Source: a virus | Length of the DNA stretch: 64,000 bases | Virus record (IMG/VR): IMGVR_UViG_3300042090_002370 | Coordinates: 1-64,000 of that record | Strand: one strand, 5' to 3' | Shown: positions 10,160-20,058 of the stretch, piece after piece | Position numbering within the stretch: the stretch's first letter is position 1 | Layout: every line of letters begins with the position of its first letter | The notes under the pieces: model-generated | What the model was told of the DNA's origin: nothing | The model's input: only the letters and a program-made list of their open reading frames with translations | Databases searched by the model: none | Program-made: the position numbers and the translations under genes

Positions 10160-10307
10160 CGGGCAAGAGCTACAGCTCGGACCTTGGCAGGAGGTGCTGT
10201 GGGATTATGAGGCTGAACATGCGGACTCAAATAACTTTTACGGGCCTAGCATGCTTGGGCTAGAAATCCAGAAGCTCAAGTTCGTGTTCAGACCGGACAG
10301 AGTTTGA
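10158..10307 (+). pseudogene. 3' fragment of the interrupted gene (NGQELQLGPWQEVLWDYE...FVFRPDRV)
   Basis: 49 sense codons without an upstream start; TGATG-coupled to the next ORF at 10307. Confidence 0.65.
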
Positions 10308-10498
10308 TGGAACGGTTCAACGTGTGGGAGAGCTTGGTGTATACAGGGTTCATCGCCTTGCGGTATGCCAGCGTTGAGCTCGCGACGGAGTACTGGCAGA
10401 TCGTTCACACCTTTGAGGCCGAGAACAAGAAGGCGGCCGAAAAGGTCTTCAGGGAGATGGGAGGGGAGCCGTGATTCAGAAGAAGGAGAATGAGGAGA

Positions 10499-10762
10499 AT
10501 GAGCGGCCAACTACGTAGTACACGCGACATCGAGGAAGCGCTACAATTCGTGCTCAGGGAGATGGTTCAGGATCCTGTGGGCATGACGAAGGATGGCGTT
10601 CCGAGGACCATCTACTACGTCGTCATCAAAGATGCCATGAGGGAGCTCCTCGAACGACGGAGCGACGCGCAGCACAAGGCCCAGACAACCTACCCTAAGG
10701 ACGCTCCGACCAACCCCGGTGGCAAGACCATACCTGCTGTGTCGGACAATGAGGAGAAATAG
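10499..10762 (+). CDS. Hypothetical protein
   Basis: GAGGAG RBS. Confidence 0.6.
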   Translation: MSGQLRSTRDIEEALQFVLREMVQDPVGMTKDGVPRTIYYVVIKDAMRELLERRSDAQHKAQTTYPKDAPTNPGGKTIPAVSDNEEK

Positions 10763-10764
10763 CC

Positions 10765-11292
10765 ATGAGCAGTGACAACATGATTGTGATGTACGGCGCG
10801 CCGCCTGATCGCAGGTCCGAGCGGGTCCTCGAGGCAATCAAGAAGCACATGCAGCCACAATCTACTGTTGCGTCAGCACCAGTAACTGGGATGACGCTTA
10901 TCATCCACAATCCCTTTACCGGGGAGCCGATCAACCTTCTCGAGGTCCTAGCGCAGAACGCGAAGCTCACAGATGAGCGGGCGAAGCTAGAACTGGAGAT
11001 GCGTGACCTCAAGTCCGAAAATGAGACTCTGCTTGAGAACCACAGGATTGACCGTAGCTACATCGCCGAGCAGAAGAAGTCGTTGGCAGAAACGAACAGG
11101 CAGCTCGCGGCGGCCGCCAGTATACGAGAGGCAGACTGCACTGACTATATCAATGCCATCAAGATGCATGCGGCACAGGCCGCCGCTGATGGCGCTACCA
11201 TCAGCGCGCTGCAGCAGAGGATCAGTGTGCTCGAGGCGGAACTGAAGTACGCAGTAGGCGCGCTCAGAGGTAAGAAGCGGGAGATTAGGTAG
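10765..11292 (+). CDS. Coiled-coil hypothetical protein
   Basis: Heptad-like composition; RBS present. Confidence 0.65.
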   Translation: MSSDNMIVMYGAPPDRRSERVLEAIKKHMQPQSTVASAPVTGMTLIIHNPFTGEPINLLEVLAQNAKLTDERAKLELEMRDLKSENETLLENHRIDRSYIAEQKKSLAETNRQLAAAASIREADCTDYINAIKMHAAQAAADGATISALQQRISVLEAELKYAVGALRGKKREIR

Positions 11293-11550
11293 ATGCCCTC
11301 CATCGAGCTGCGCCTAGAAGGCGATGGCGCCATCCCCGAGATGGCCGAAGCGATCAAGAAGAAGCGCGTTCACAAGGTAGAGAGCATCGTGCTCTCAGCT
11401 CTTGAGGGCGGCATGCAGAGCGGCAGGCCAAGCGTAGTTATCGCCATTCCGCTCAAAGACGGCTCGTGGGTCTACGCGCAATCGAGCATGCGTCTCTTCC
11501 TGGCTTGTGCAGAGGCGCTTAGGATTAGGTACGGTGACCAAGCAGGCTGA
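11293..11550 (+). CDS. Hypothetical phage protein
   Basis: Abutting ORF; GGMQSGRPSV motif. Confidence 0.65.
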   Translation: MPSIELRLEGDGAIPEMAEAIKKKRVHKVESIVLSALEGGMQSGRPSVVIAIPLKDGSWVYAQSSMRLFLACAEALRIRYGDQAG

Positions 11551-11597
11551 TGCTCTCGTACAGCGTTCTCAATAGTGGGCAGACCGGGAGTGAAGAG

Positions 11598-11936
11598 ATG
11601 AGCGAGATCAAAGATCCCTACAAGAAGCTACGAGAAACGCAGGACCTTGTAGACAAGGCCGAGTCGGACATCTGCGGCCAGCCTCCACCGGATCCCTACC
11701 TCGAACTAGCAGAGCAGTACCCACACTGCGACGCGTACATTCTTCACCCGCGCGGTTCCTGCGAATTCTGTGACCTGCCCACCAGTGAGCCGCTACATGC
11801 GTGGCGTAAGGAGCACGGTATCAATCACACAGGCGAGTACGACCCAACAAAGAAGCCGTGCCCTGCAGAGCTCCGTCGTCCTAAGGGCGTCATCGACAAG
11901 TGGGGCGGCAACGTAGCAATGCCGCCCAAGATCTAG
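11598..11936 (+). CDS. Cys/His-containing hypothetical protein
   Basis: HCD...HP...CEFCD. Confidence 0.6.
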   Translation: MSEIKDPYKKLRETQDLVDKAESDICGQPPPDPYLELAEQYPHCDAYILHPRGSCEFCDLPTSEPLHAWRKEHGINHTGEYDPTKKPCPAELRRPKGVIDKWGGNVAMPPKI

Positions 11937-11947
11937 GAGAAGACGTA

Positions 11948-12202
11948 ATGCACGAACTTTCCTTGAGAGAGCGCAACGTACGTGCTGTGACGCACGATGG
12001 GATATGTGATGTCTGGGCTTGTACTTGCGATAGGCTGTACGAAGGTGAGCCTGGCGGCCCTCCACCTGACCTCGGACGCGAGCACGTTTTCAGCGAGCTG
12101 CGCTTGCACAAGACCTGCGTAACGGACGAGCATACCTGCGATACTCTTGCGGACGAGTGCAAAGCGTGTGAGGCCACCGAACTTTTGAAGAGCTTGCCGT
12201 GA
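11948..12202 (+). CDS. Cys-rich hypothetical protein
   Basis: GGAG RBS; several Cys pairs. Confidence 0.55.
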   Translation: MHELSLRERNVRAVTHDGICDVWACTCDRLYEGEPGGPPPDLGREHVFSELRLHKTCVTDEHTCDTLADECKACEATELLKSLP

Positions 12203-12408
12203 CGCTCTTCATCGGCTTTCTGTACTTCTACGCCGCTGTCTCTGTTGCTACAGCATTGTGGCTAACCGCATTACCACATGCTGTCATCGCCATAGAAGAT
12301 GACGATGTCTATGCTGTCATCGCGATCTCAGTCTTTTGGCTCCCCATAGCCCTGACGCTTTCTCTGCTGTTCCTCGTCCTCTATGTGCACGCTCTGCTGA
12401 AGGACTAG
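12199..12408 (+). CDS. Small membrane protein with two TM helices
   Basis: Two hydrophobic segments. Confidence 0.6.
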   Translation: MTLFIGFLYFYAAVSVATALWLTALPHAVIAIEDDDVYAVIAISVFWLPIALTLSLLFLVLYVHALLKD

Positions 12409-12427
12409 CAAGGAACGCGCAGCGAGC

Positions 12428-12437
12428 GGGATAAGAG
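12428..12437 (+). promoter_or_regulatory. GGGATAAG motif (putative phage promoter, class 1)
   Basis: Repeated intergenic motif upstream of SD-led genes; followed here by the hairpin CTCGAGGGA/TCCCTCGAG. Confidence 0.6.
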
Positions 12438-12468
12438 ACTCGAGGGAAAGAGCTCCCTCGAGGAGGAT

Positions 12469-12744
12469 GTGCACGTGGCAGATGAGAAGAAGGGCTTCTG
12501 GACTCAAGTGCTAGAAGGCGTTGCCGAGGACCTGAGGAGAGGGAGGATCACCGGAGCAGAACAAGCGCAAAGGGAACTGGACAGCTCACGCAAGCGGTCA
12601 GAGTGGGTTGCTGCCCGCATCGCCGTCGCGTTCGAGAACATGGCTGCCCACAGTCCAGGGATTACGCCTGCTACTGGTGCTCAGCTTTGGGATTGGGCCG
12701 AGGCCATCTACGACGAAGGAAAGAAGAGAGGGCATCTACCGTGA
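12469..12744 (+). CDS. Hypothetical protein
   Basis: GAGGAGG RBS. Confidence 0.6.
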   Translation: MHVADEKKGFWTQVLEGVAEDLRRGRITGAEQAQRELDSSRKRSEWVAARIAVAFENMAAHSPGITPATGAQLWDWAEAIYDEGKKRGHLP

Positions 12745-12981
12745 TCACCCGACCACCGAAAGTGACTGGTTGGCTCTGCTTGGCCTGCGGGGCGCAAGTG
12801 AGATGAACTCGAAGCTGCTCGATGAGCTTGCTTGGCTTTTCAAGGTAGAGTCCGTTCGCGAGAACAGTCATGGACGACAGGCTGAATCATTCCGCCTCTT
12901 CCTCATCGCTCGTGACATCGAGGAGCGCGCTCAGAACAAAAGACGCGAGGAATTCGAAGCATCTTACATAGGAGACCTGAC

Positions 12982-13350
12982 ATGATGGATATCGACGACA
13001 TCAATGCGTTGTTGAAGAAGGCGTGCGATCACGCCGAGAAGAAGCTCGGGCTCACGATCAAGCCAGGCAGCTTCGGTGTGGAGAGCAGCCATAGCAAAAT
13101 AGAACCGAGCGGCAGTGGGCGCTGTTGTCCCATCGGAGCTCTCGAGCTCTATTTGAAGCAGAGTCGTAGCGTGTTCGAGTTCAACTACGACTCGTTCGTA
13201 GATGGGTTCGACGCGGACATCGACGAGCTAGTGGCTGTGTCACATTGTACAGGGTGGCAGGTGGGTTTGACCCGCGAGCTCTTTTGGCTCGGGCGTGAGT
13301 TCAGGAAACAGTATGTGAAGGAGGCGCCACACGCCAGCGCGAGTGCATGA
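12982..13350 (+). CDS. Hypothetical protein
   Basis: Coupled ORF with RBS. Confidence 0.6.
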   Translation: MMDIDDINALLKKACDHAEKKLGLTIKPGSFGVESSHSKIEPSGSGRCCPIGALELYLKQSRSVFEFNYDSFVDGFDADIDELVAVSHCTGWQVGLTRELFWLGREFRKQYVKEAPHASASA

Positions 13351-13574
13351 TGGCCGAGTCGCGTTCACGCGAAGAGTACCTACAGCTCGAGGTCAATCGG
13401 CTGAGGAGTGAGCTCGCCGAGGCCAAGAAGGAGATTGCGCACTGGAAGGTAAACCACGACAGCCAGGTACGCTCAAAGCGACGAGGGCACGAGATTCAGG
13501 CGGACATCATTGCCGACCTACGAGATGAGCTCGACGCTCTTCGAGCTCAGCTCACCCCTGAGCGTGAGGGCTAG
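13347..13574 (+). CDS. Small coiled-coil protein
   Basis: ATGA coupling. Confidence 0.6.
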   Translation: MMAESRSREEYLQLEVNRLRSELAEAKKEIAHWKVNHDSQVRSKRRGHEIQADIIADLRDELDALRAQLTPEREG

Positions 13575-13936
13575 TGATGGATGCAGCTGGCGATGCCCGC
13601 GCCTGTGGTGATGATGCCAATGACGGAAAGTACGATGCCGGCCAGCGCACCGCCAGTAGCTGCACCGGCGAAGACTGTGCCAAAGCGCTCCAGGCGCGAT
13701 AGAGGCTCTCGACTCTGCAGCGCCTTCAGGGAACGGTCTGCTGCGTTCACGGCCGCTATCTTGGCGTCGATAGCGGCCGTCTTGGCGTTCTCTGAGGCTA
13801 GCGTGGCGCGGTTGCAGAGCCGTTCGACGATGAGAACGTGTGTGATGATGTAATTGAGCTTCGTATCAATGTTCTCTGGCGTTGGCGGGAGGCTCATAAC
13901 TTCGTCGGCCTCTACGCGCATCTGCCCGCTGTCCAT
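13571..13936 (-). CDS. Coiled-coil protein with C-terminal TM helix (holin- or hemolysin-like candidate)
   Basis: TATGCT 7 nt before ATG 13936; GxxxG-rich TM segment. Confidence 0.55.
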   Translation of the reverse strand: MDSGQMRVEADEVMSLPPTPENIDTKLNYIITHVLIVERLCNRATLASENAKTAAIDAKIAAVNAADRSLKALQSREPLSRLERFGTVFAGAATGGALAGIVLSVIGIITTGAGIASCIHH

Positions 13937-13980
13937 ACCGCCCAGCATACCCGGTGGCCTACAGAAAACGGAAGCACGAG

Positions 13981-13999
13981 GGGATAAGAGAAGTGGAGG
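13981..13999 (+). promoter_or_regulatory. GGGATAAGAGAAGTGGAGG promoter motif plus RBS
   Basis: Close matches at 15768, 16651 and 45593 (-). Confidence 0.7.
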
Positions 14000-14008
14000 A
14001 TATATGGC

Positions 14009-14203
14009 ATGAGCCGTCTCGACGAACTCAAACGGCAGGGTTTCGACCGAAGCTACGCCGTACCGTTCAAGGGCGTGTGGAAGGCGCTCTGCTCTCAGTG
14101 CGAAGCGGTCTGTCTCAATGGCATCCCGTGCCACGAGACTGGCTGCCTGAACGCGGCGAAGGCACGCAGGCAACGACAGCAGGAAGAGAGGGAACTCGAA
14201 TGA
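14009..14203 (+). CDS. Small Cys-rich protein
   Basis: CSQCEA..NG.PCHETGC. Confidence 0.65.
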   Translation: MSRLDELKRQGFDRSYAVPFKGVWKALCSQCEAVCLNGIPCHETGCLNAAKARRQRQQEERELE

Positions 14204-14439
14204 CCAAGCTAGAAGAAGCAGTAGCAAAGTTCAGCATGCTAGATGCTCAGCACTTACATCCGAGATTGAGTGAAATCATCCAGCTGGCTCGGGAAGAAGA
14301 ACAAGCCAAGTTCACCAAGCTCGTAGAGCTCGCGAAGAGCATCGCGCAGGTCTCAATGAAGGAGCCCGAGCACTGCAAGAAGGGGCCGTGTTCTGATTCG
14401 TCAGGGTGCATCTGCGGGTGCAAGGGGTGTCGGCCATGA
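14200..14439 (+). CDS. Hypothetical protein with Cys-rich tail
   Basis: ATGA coupling on both sides. Confidence 0.55.
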   Translation: MTKLEEAVAKFSMLDAQHLHPRLSEIIQLAREEEQAKFTKLVELAKSIAQVSMKEPEHCKKGPCSDSSGCICGCKGCRP

Positions 14440-14684
14440 ACAAAAATAATCCGACGGTTGATGTGGTGCTGGATACTGTCATTGATCTAGCCGCCGACCT
14501 TTTCTACTACGACCGCAAAGAAGATGAGGACCTGCCTCTCGGTGTGATCCAGAAGATGGTGGATGCAGGTGAGATTACTGTCGACGAGATCGTGGCTGCT
14601 TTCGCAGAGGCGGTGAAGGAGCACGTGGGCTCCGGGCAAGTGGGCGAAGAAGACAAGGAGGATGGTGATGGAAACGCAGCTTAG
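14436..14684 (+). CDS. Acidic hypothetical phage protein
   Basis: YYDRKEDEDLP...GEITVDEI. Confidence 0.65.
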   Translation: MNKNNPTVDVVLDTVIDLAADLFYYDRKEDEDLPLGVIQKMVDAGEITVDEIVAAFAEAVKEHVGSGQVGEEDKEDGDGNAA

Positions 14685-15411
14685 GGCAGAGGATCTGGAA
14701 CGACTTGCACCCTGCGCCACGAGGATAGCTTGGGCGTGGCCGATGAAGAACTCGGGGCTCACCGTGTTTTGGAACACGGGGTTCCCTCACCTAGGGAAAA
14801 CACTCCCTCAGCTCAAGGAGGAGCCTGCTACCAGCGTTCTCGCTCCTGACGCAGCCTCGCTCATCCATCCATCGAAGCCTGCCGTTGTAGTCCCGAAGTG
14901 CGAACTCGCTTTACCTAAGTGTGCAGACGCATGGGTTGCGGATTCACTGCTCGTACTGAAGCCGCGTATAGAGAGCAGCGAAGATTGGCGCATCCGGCAG
15001 TTTGAGGATCACGTACTCGGCGTCAACGAGGATAAGTCCGTTGACGCGAATAGAAGAAGGCGCGGTGCAGCACTGGCCTTGAACCCAGCCGTACGCCATG
15101 TCGGCATGGGCATCTGGTCGGCGCCGTCGACAACGTCAGTCAAAGATAAGCGTCTGGACAAGAACAAGAAGCTGACAAGTAGCTACATGGTTGACATGAC
15201 TCTCGGTACTTGTTCCTGCCCTGACTACGACCGTCACAAGAAGAAGTGCAAGCACATCTATGCTGTTGAGCACGTCAAGAATGGGAACATGTATATGGGC
15301 GGAGAGTTTACAGCCGGGGTCTTGATGAAGGCTCTCAACGACACACTGAATATAAGTGTGGCGCCACCACGTGTGCCTGACTTCATCCAGTTCGAATGGC
15401 GTGAGCTATGA
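14662..15411 (+). CDS. SWIM zinc finger protein
   Basis: CSCPD...CKHIYAV. Confidence 0.75.
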   Translation: MVMETQLRAEDLERLAPCATRIAWAWPMKNSGLTVFWNTGFPHLGKTLPQLKEEPATSVLAPDAASLIHPSKPAVVVPKCELALPKCADAWVADSLLVLKPRIESSEDWRIRQFEDHVLGVNEDKSVDANRRRRGAALALNPAVRHVGMGIWSAPSTTSVKDKRLDKNKKLTSSYMVDMTLGTCSCPDYDRHKKKCKHIYAVEHVKNGNMYMGGEFTAGVLMKALNDTLNISVAPPRVPDFIQFEWREL

Positions 15412-15764
15412 GTATCGACATCTACGGTAAGAAGCCAGACAGCACGCCCATCGTACTGCGGTACACACATCCGAGTAGCCTCAACCTGGCGAACGTGAAT
15501 GCATGCGCGTTACTTCGTTTGCTCGGTCTACCATTCGAACAAGGTTATGGAGAGGCGTCGGTTGTAGACGTACGCCGAGCAGTGATAAAAGCCAAGGCCC
15601 TCTTCGAGAAGAAGGCAGATGCTTTTACGCAGGAGCCAGTCGACGAAGGCAACTACCACTTCGGCGGTATACGCAAAGACTACTTGCGCATGCGCCTTGA
15701 CGACCTCTCCAGCACCGTTGAGACACTGGCAGGGATGGGCGCCACAATCGTCTACTGGTGCTAG
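15408..15764 (+). CDS. Hypothetical protein
   Basis: Coupled ORF. Confidence 0.65.
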   Translation: MSIDIYGKKPDSTPIVLRYTHPSSLNLANVNACALLRLLGLPFEQGYGEASVVDVRRAVIKAKALFEKKADAFTQEPVDEGNYHFGGIRKDYLRMRLDDLSSTVETLAGMGATIVYWC

Positions 15765-15767
15765 CGC

Positions 15768-15786
15768 GGGATAAGAAGAATGGAGG
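15768..15786 (+). promoter_or_regulatory. GGGATAAGAAGAATGGAGG promoter motif plus RBS
   Basis: Repeated motif. Confidence 0.7.
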
Positions 15787-16253
15787 ACAGCCATGCCTGA
15801 CAGAATCGACAAGTACAACGCCGAGGTGGATAGGTACAACGCCGAGGTCGACGCCTACAACGCTGAACTAGAGATCGGAGGATCATCATGCAAGAAGACA
15901 AGAAGAAACAAGAGTTCGACCCTGACTTCAGTCCACAAGCCGAAGTCAACAAAGAAGCGGCGAAAGACCACGGGTTGAAGTACGACCGCAGGTCCGGGTT
16001 CTACAAGGACGAGGACGGTTGCCTGCGAAGAGACAAGTTCGGCCAGCCACTGTAGAGAAGCTCAGGGAGCTAGATAAGGCGGCGCCATGACAAACACTGA
16101 ACAGAATAACGTGATTGAGATCGCGAAGGAGCATACTGCCGACGACGACATCGTCGCAGTCGACGACGCGGGAGACGCTGGTGGAGAAGATCATGAAGAC
16201 GGACCTGCTGAAGAAGCCTGCATGGGCGCTTCCGCAGACGCCATGAGGAAGAG

Positions 16254-16550
16254 ATGGGCTGGGCGACAGAGTACGTAGAGCGCCTCGCCAGGGGTGAGAC
16301 GGTGCAGTTCAGGCCGCATGGAAACTCGATGGTTCCGAGAATCCGATCTGGTCAGCTCTGCACCGTCGAGCCTGCGGTCGTGGACCAAGTAGAGAAGGGC
16401 GACATTGTTCTCTGCAAGGTCGGAGGCTCGGTGTACCTGCACCTCGTGAAGGCATGCACTGTCGGTCGGGTGCTGATTGGGAACAACAAGGGGCACGACA
16501 ACGGCTGGACCCATCAGGTGTTCGGCAAGTTGATCAGAGTGGAGGACTGA
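16254..16550 (+). CDS. Peptidase S24/S26-like beta-domain protein
   Basis: GNSM.P.I.SG, GDIVLCKV...YLHLV, IGNN.G..NGW. Confidence 0.65.
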   Translation: MGWATEYVERLARGETVQFRPHGNSMVPRIRSGQLCTVEPAVVDQVEKGDIVLCKVGGSVYLHLVKACTVGRVLIGNNKGHDNGWTHQVFGKLIRVED

Positions 16551-16650
16551 AGTGGGCTGGAGGGTCCAGGAACACGTGCCTTGGGCGAACCGAGCAGAGA
16601 CGTGATGATCACTCGAGCTCGAAAGAATGAGCAAAAGCCGTCAGCTTTCA

Positions 16651-16669
16651 GGCATAAGAAGAATGGAGG
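16651..16669 (+). promoter_or_regulatory. GGCATAAGAAGAATGGAGG promoter motif plus RBS
   Basis: 18/19 identical to the copy at 15768. Confidence 0.65.
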
Positions 16670-16986
16670 GAGATCATGCACAATACAAAACAGTACGGGA
16701 GAAGTGAGCTATTTTCATCAGGAGGACGAGATAGCGATTGGGATGACCCGGTGGTCAACCCACGGGAGCTAGTAGACCCGAGCGAGAAGATTGAGGGGCC
16801 TAAGCGTAGGCGCGTCAATGCGAGAAGGGTGGTAGAACGCAGCGGGTCCACGGCAATCGTACGTCCGTACAACGCGCCGAACTTGAGTGGCTACGACCCG
16901 TTCCTCAAACCGCCGGCACAAGGCCTTGCTATCGATACGATGCCACGGCCGCTAAAGCCGCCTAGTGCGCTGGTTAGGGGCTCTGA

Positions 16987-17226
16987 ATGAGCATCGCCAA
17001 GTTCAAAGTGTACGCCACTCTTGATGGCGCAGGCGGCATGAAGAAGGGGACGTTCGAGATAGACCGTGAGACAGGCGTTGTTACAGTGCGCCCATACAGG
17101 TCACGGTTGGTCTACGAGGTTCTGCTCAACAACTTGGCCACGACTGTATGCAAGCAGAACCTTGGCGTCGTGCGTGAAGAGAAGAAGGCTAAGAAGGCGA
17201 AGAGGGCAGCTCATGACGACGCGTAG
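16987..17226 (+). CDS. Hypothetical protein
   Basis: Coupled ORF. Confidence 0.6.
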   Translation: MSIAKFKVYATLDGAGGMKKGTFEIDRETGVVTVRPYRSRLVYEVLLNNLATTVCKQNLGVVREEKKAKKAKRAAHDDA

Positions 17227-17477
17227 TATCTCCAGCAGAGAAGCACACCCAGAGTTAGTTGCTGCCGGTAAGAAGCTCACACAGCTGCTAGCGACGCTGC
17301 CTCATAATATCGGCATAGCCTTCGTCCTAGTCCGTGAAGAAGGGCGCGACGTGCTCATGGGCGGCAACCTGACCGTCGATTCCATGCTCGAGTCGTTCAC
17401 CGCGGCGGTCGATCTTTTGCAGCATGATGGTAGTGCAATCGAAGCGATCGAAAATAAAACCAAGCACTGAGGGAGCC

Positions 17478-17924
17478 ATGCGAACACAAGATGAGATCGT
17501 AGTCAGGATGAGAAACAGTAGGTCGTTCCTCGGGTTCGAGATGGAGGTCTTGATCACGGCGCTGGACTTCGAGCACGCCAAGGAGTTCCTGAGGCCCGAG
17601 GTAAAAGCGGAGGATTGGAAGTGCAGCGATGAGCAGACGCTGCTCAGTGAAGCGCAGATCTACGCAGCGTTCGCGTGGGGCAAGGCAGCAGATCATCGCG
17701 GCATCAGCGCAGGGCGCGGCGTTGAGAAACTGAGCGCGGTTGCATGGCTACTCGGTCGAGACGACGTAGTATCGGCCATGGCGGCAGTGGACTATGCCTA
17801 CTACGGATGCCCGAAACTCAAGGCCTTCTGTGAGGGCATGTGTTTCCCTATCGGCACCGGCGCCGCGTTAGAGCGGATGATGAAAGGGGAGCCGTGCAGC
17901 GATGGGTGCGACAGTTGCTGCTAA
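17478..17924 (+). CDS. Hypothetical phage protein
   Basis: GGGAG RBS; FAWGKA..HRGISA. Confidence 0.65.
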   Translation: MRTQDEIVVRMRNSRSFLGFEMEVLITALDFEHAKEFLRPEVKAEDWKCSDEQTLLSEAQIYAAFAWGKAADHRGISAGRGVEKLSAVAWLLGRDDVVSAMAAVDYAYYGCPKLKAFCEGMCFPIGTGAALERMMKGEPCSDGCDSCC

Positions 17925-17931
17925 GGCTGAC

Positions 17932-18564
17932 ATGCTGCATTACTACACGCTGCCTAACATCAAAGGCGAAGGCTGGGCGCACATCGCTATCAATACCGAG
18001 ACCGGCTTCTTCGCCGCGGTCTCCGACTGGGGGAACTTCTCGTACCTCTGGACCCACCCGGGGATGGAGTTCCGCAAGTTCCTCACGGAGCTTCAGCCTG
18101 ATTACCTTCACAGTAAGCTCATGATGGGGAGGCCGGACCGCGCAGTCTTCAGTGGGAGCAAGACGGTGGAGAACATCCGTCAGGCTATTGAGGACAAGAA
18201 CAAGGAGGAGGGGCGTTGGGCGTTCTACCACGAGGAGATGGACACGCTCAAAGCGCTCGGGCCAGACCCAGAGAAGTACGCGCTTGACGTTTGGGAGAGC
18301 GAGACGCATCTCACGGATGTTTGGGAGTACGTCGTCTACTTACCCGAGCCGCAGTGCCGCAGCTTCTGCGAAAAGGTCTGGCCGCGTTTCAAGAAGCTGC
18401 TCTTGGACGAGCTTGAGGAAGAGAAAGTGACGGTCATTTACGGGACAAGAGGGAAGAACAAGAGCGTCGACACGCCTAACGCCACGGTGCTCACTATGCT
18501 CATGACAGAGGAAGACAAGGCAGGGCTTCCTCTGAAGATGACGGGACCGGACCGCAATGGTTGA
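17932..18564 (+). CDS. Hypothetical phage protein
   Basis: SDWGNFSY.W motif; strong codon bias. Confidence 0.65.
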   Translation: MLHYYTLPNIKGEGWAHIAINTETGFFAAVSDWGNFSYLWTHPGMEFRKFLTELQPDYLHSKLMMGRPDRAVFSGSKTVENIRQAIEDKNKEEGRWAFYHEEMDTLKALGPDPEKYALDVWESETHLTDVWEYVVYLPEPQCRSFCEKVWPRFKKLLLDELEEEKVTVIYGTRGKNKSVDTPNATVLTMLMTEEDKAGLPLKMTGPDRNG

Positions 18565-18842
18565 GCCGCTCAAGACAAATGCCTAGGAGGTCTCGAGGAT
18601 GAGGCTGCCAGGCGGTCGCGTTATCGAACGACCTTGGCAGAGGAGCGAGCTCTTCCAGCTCTACATGCGTGGTTGGAGAGATGGCGCTGGCAGTAAGCCA
18701 ATGCGCAAGGACCACATGGACTGCCCGGAGTACGACAAGGCTTACGCAGCAGGTTGCAAGGCTAGGGAAGCTGTTTCTCGTCGTGTTGCTAACCGGCTGC
18801 GTCACACACCCAATATCCTGCGTCTCGCAGAGAAAGAGAAAA

Positions 18843-19334
18843 ATGGAGCACGACAGCGATAGCGATGAGGTCTGCCTAGGGACAGTGGCTAGGCCACTAG
18901 CTGAAATAACCGCGCTCAATACGGTCTCGCGTATGATGAAGCGACTGGAGCTCGCGGAGAAGGTGTGCGATAGGTTAGTGGCGTGCATAGCTTACGGCAG
19001 CGCCGACTTCATGGATGCTGAGGCGCTAGAGCATACGCTCGTGGCGTGGGAGGAGGCCCGTGGCTCGCGCTTCATCTACACTGACGGCAACGACCACGTC
19101 ATCGCGACAGGTCGTGGTGGTCTCAGTCGGTGGCTCGATGAGCAGGGCTACGATCCCGATCAACGGCTATGGGATCTCGTACAGCCTGAGGCCACCATCG
19201 CCATCTGCTGTGACAAGGACGGGAATATATGCAGCACAGAGGACGACGCGCGAGTAGAGCAGCCGCGCACAAGAACAGCCCAGGAATGGCTAGCGCAGGT
19301 GAAGGAGAACGGTTTACTTTGCACCGAGGACTGA
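18843..19334 (+). CDS. Hypothetical protein
   Basis: ORF track; start adjusted. Confidence 0.5.
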   Translation: MEHDSDSDEVCLGTVARPLAEITALNTVSRMMKRLELAEKVCDRLVACIAYGSADFMDAEALEHTLVAWEEARGSRFIYTDGNDHVIATGRGGLSRWLDEQGYDPDQRLWDLVQPEATIAICCDKDGNICSTEDDARVEQPRTRTAQEWLAQVKENGLLCTED

Positions 19335-19818
19335 GGAGTAGGTGTAGCGCATTGTCGCGGATTCGTAGTAGGGCTGTGATGGGCTGGACCATGTTCAAAA
19401 TCATGGTGAAGCTCTACTACGATCTTCGCGGCTATAACGGCGACGACTTCTTCGTAGGCCTAGCCGACGACGAGCTGGAGAGGATCAACAAGAAGCCGAG
19501 TCCGTTCCACAGATACAGGAGAAGGTGAGATGCTTGAACGAACTGTAGAGCAGTGGCTCGAGCTCGCTGAGCAGGGCCCAGATGATATGGAGCATACGTG
19601 CCGCGGTTGCCTTTGCTCAATGACGATAGACGACACGTGTGAGCCTTCAGCGTTCTGTCACAAGTGCGCTCAGATCTTCTTGCCGCTGCTCATCGAGAAG
19701 TACAACATCGTGTTGAAGTCAGCGAAGGCCGGCTGGCGGTCGGCTAAGCTACTTGCGAGCGCACTCGGGCGTCCTATCTCTTTGGTGGCAGCCGACAACG
19801 CACTGAAGGAGTTGGGCG

Positions 19819-20058
19819 ATGCCTAGAGGAGACGACGAGAAAGAGTTCACCATCGACAATGCCAAGTGCATTCGCGAGAGTGAGAAGGCCATTTTTGTGA
19901 AGGCTCAGTTCTTCGAAGACCTGGGCCTACAGGACGGCCAGGTCTGGATTCCGAAGAGTCAGGTGACAGACAACAGCGAAGTCTTCGAGACGGATGGTGA
20001 GGGCAAGCTCATCGTGACAATGTGGTTCGCCAGAAAATCTGAGTGGGTAGATGACTGA
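19819..20058 (+). CDS. Small phage protein (ESEKAI...WIPKSQ type)
   Basis: Motif plus AGGAG RBS. Confidence 0.7.
   Translation: MPRGDDEKEFTIDNAKCIRESEKAIFVKAQFFEDLGLQDGQVWIPKSQVTDNSEVFETDGEGKLIVTMWFARKSEWVDD

Noticed and set aside
9416-10166. Integron cassette or group I/II intron as the explanation for the M14 insert
   Set aside because: No attC-like long imperfect repeat and only a partial match to the GTTRRRY core; the ORF leaves no room for a ribozyme core.
10201-10211. GGGATTATGAG as another GGGATAAG promoter copy
   Set aside because: Mismatched, and it lies inside the coding 3' fragment of the interrupted gene.
14794-14800. Second GGGAAAA slippery site in the SWIM gene
   Set aside because: It is read GGG AAA A, which is not the X XXY YYZ register.
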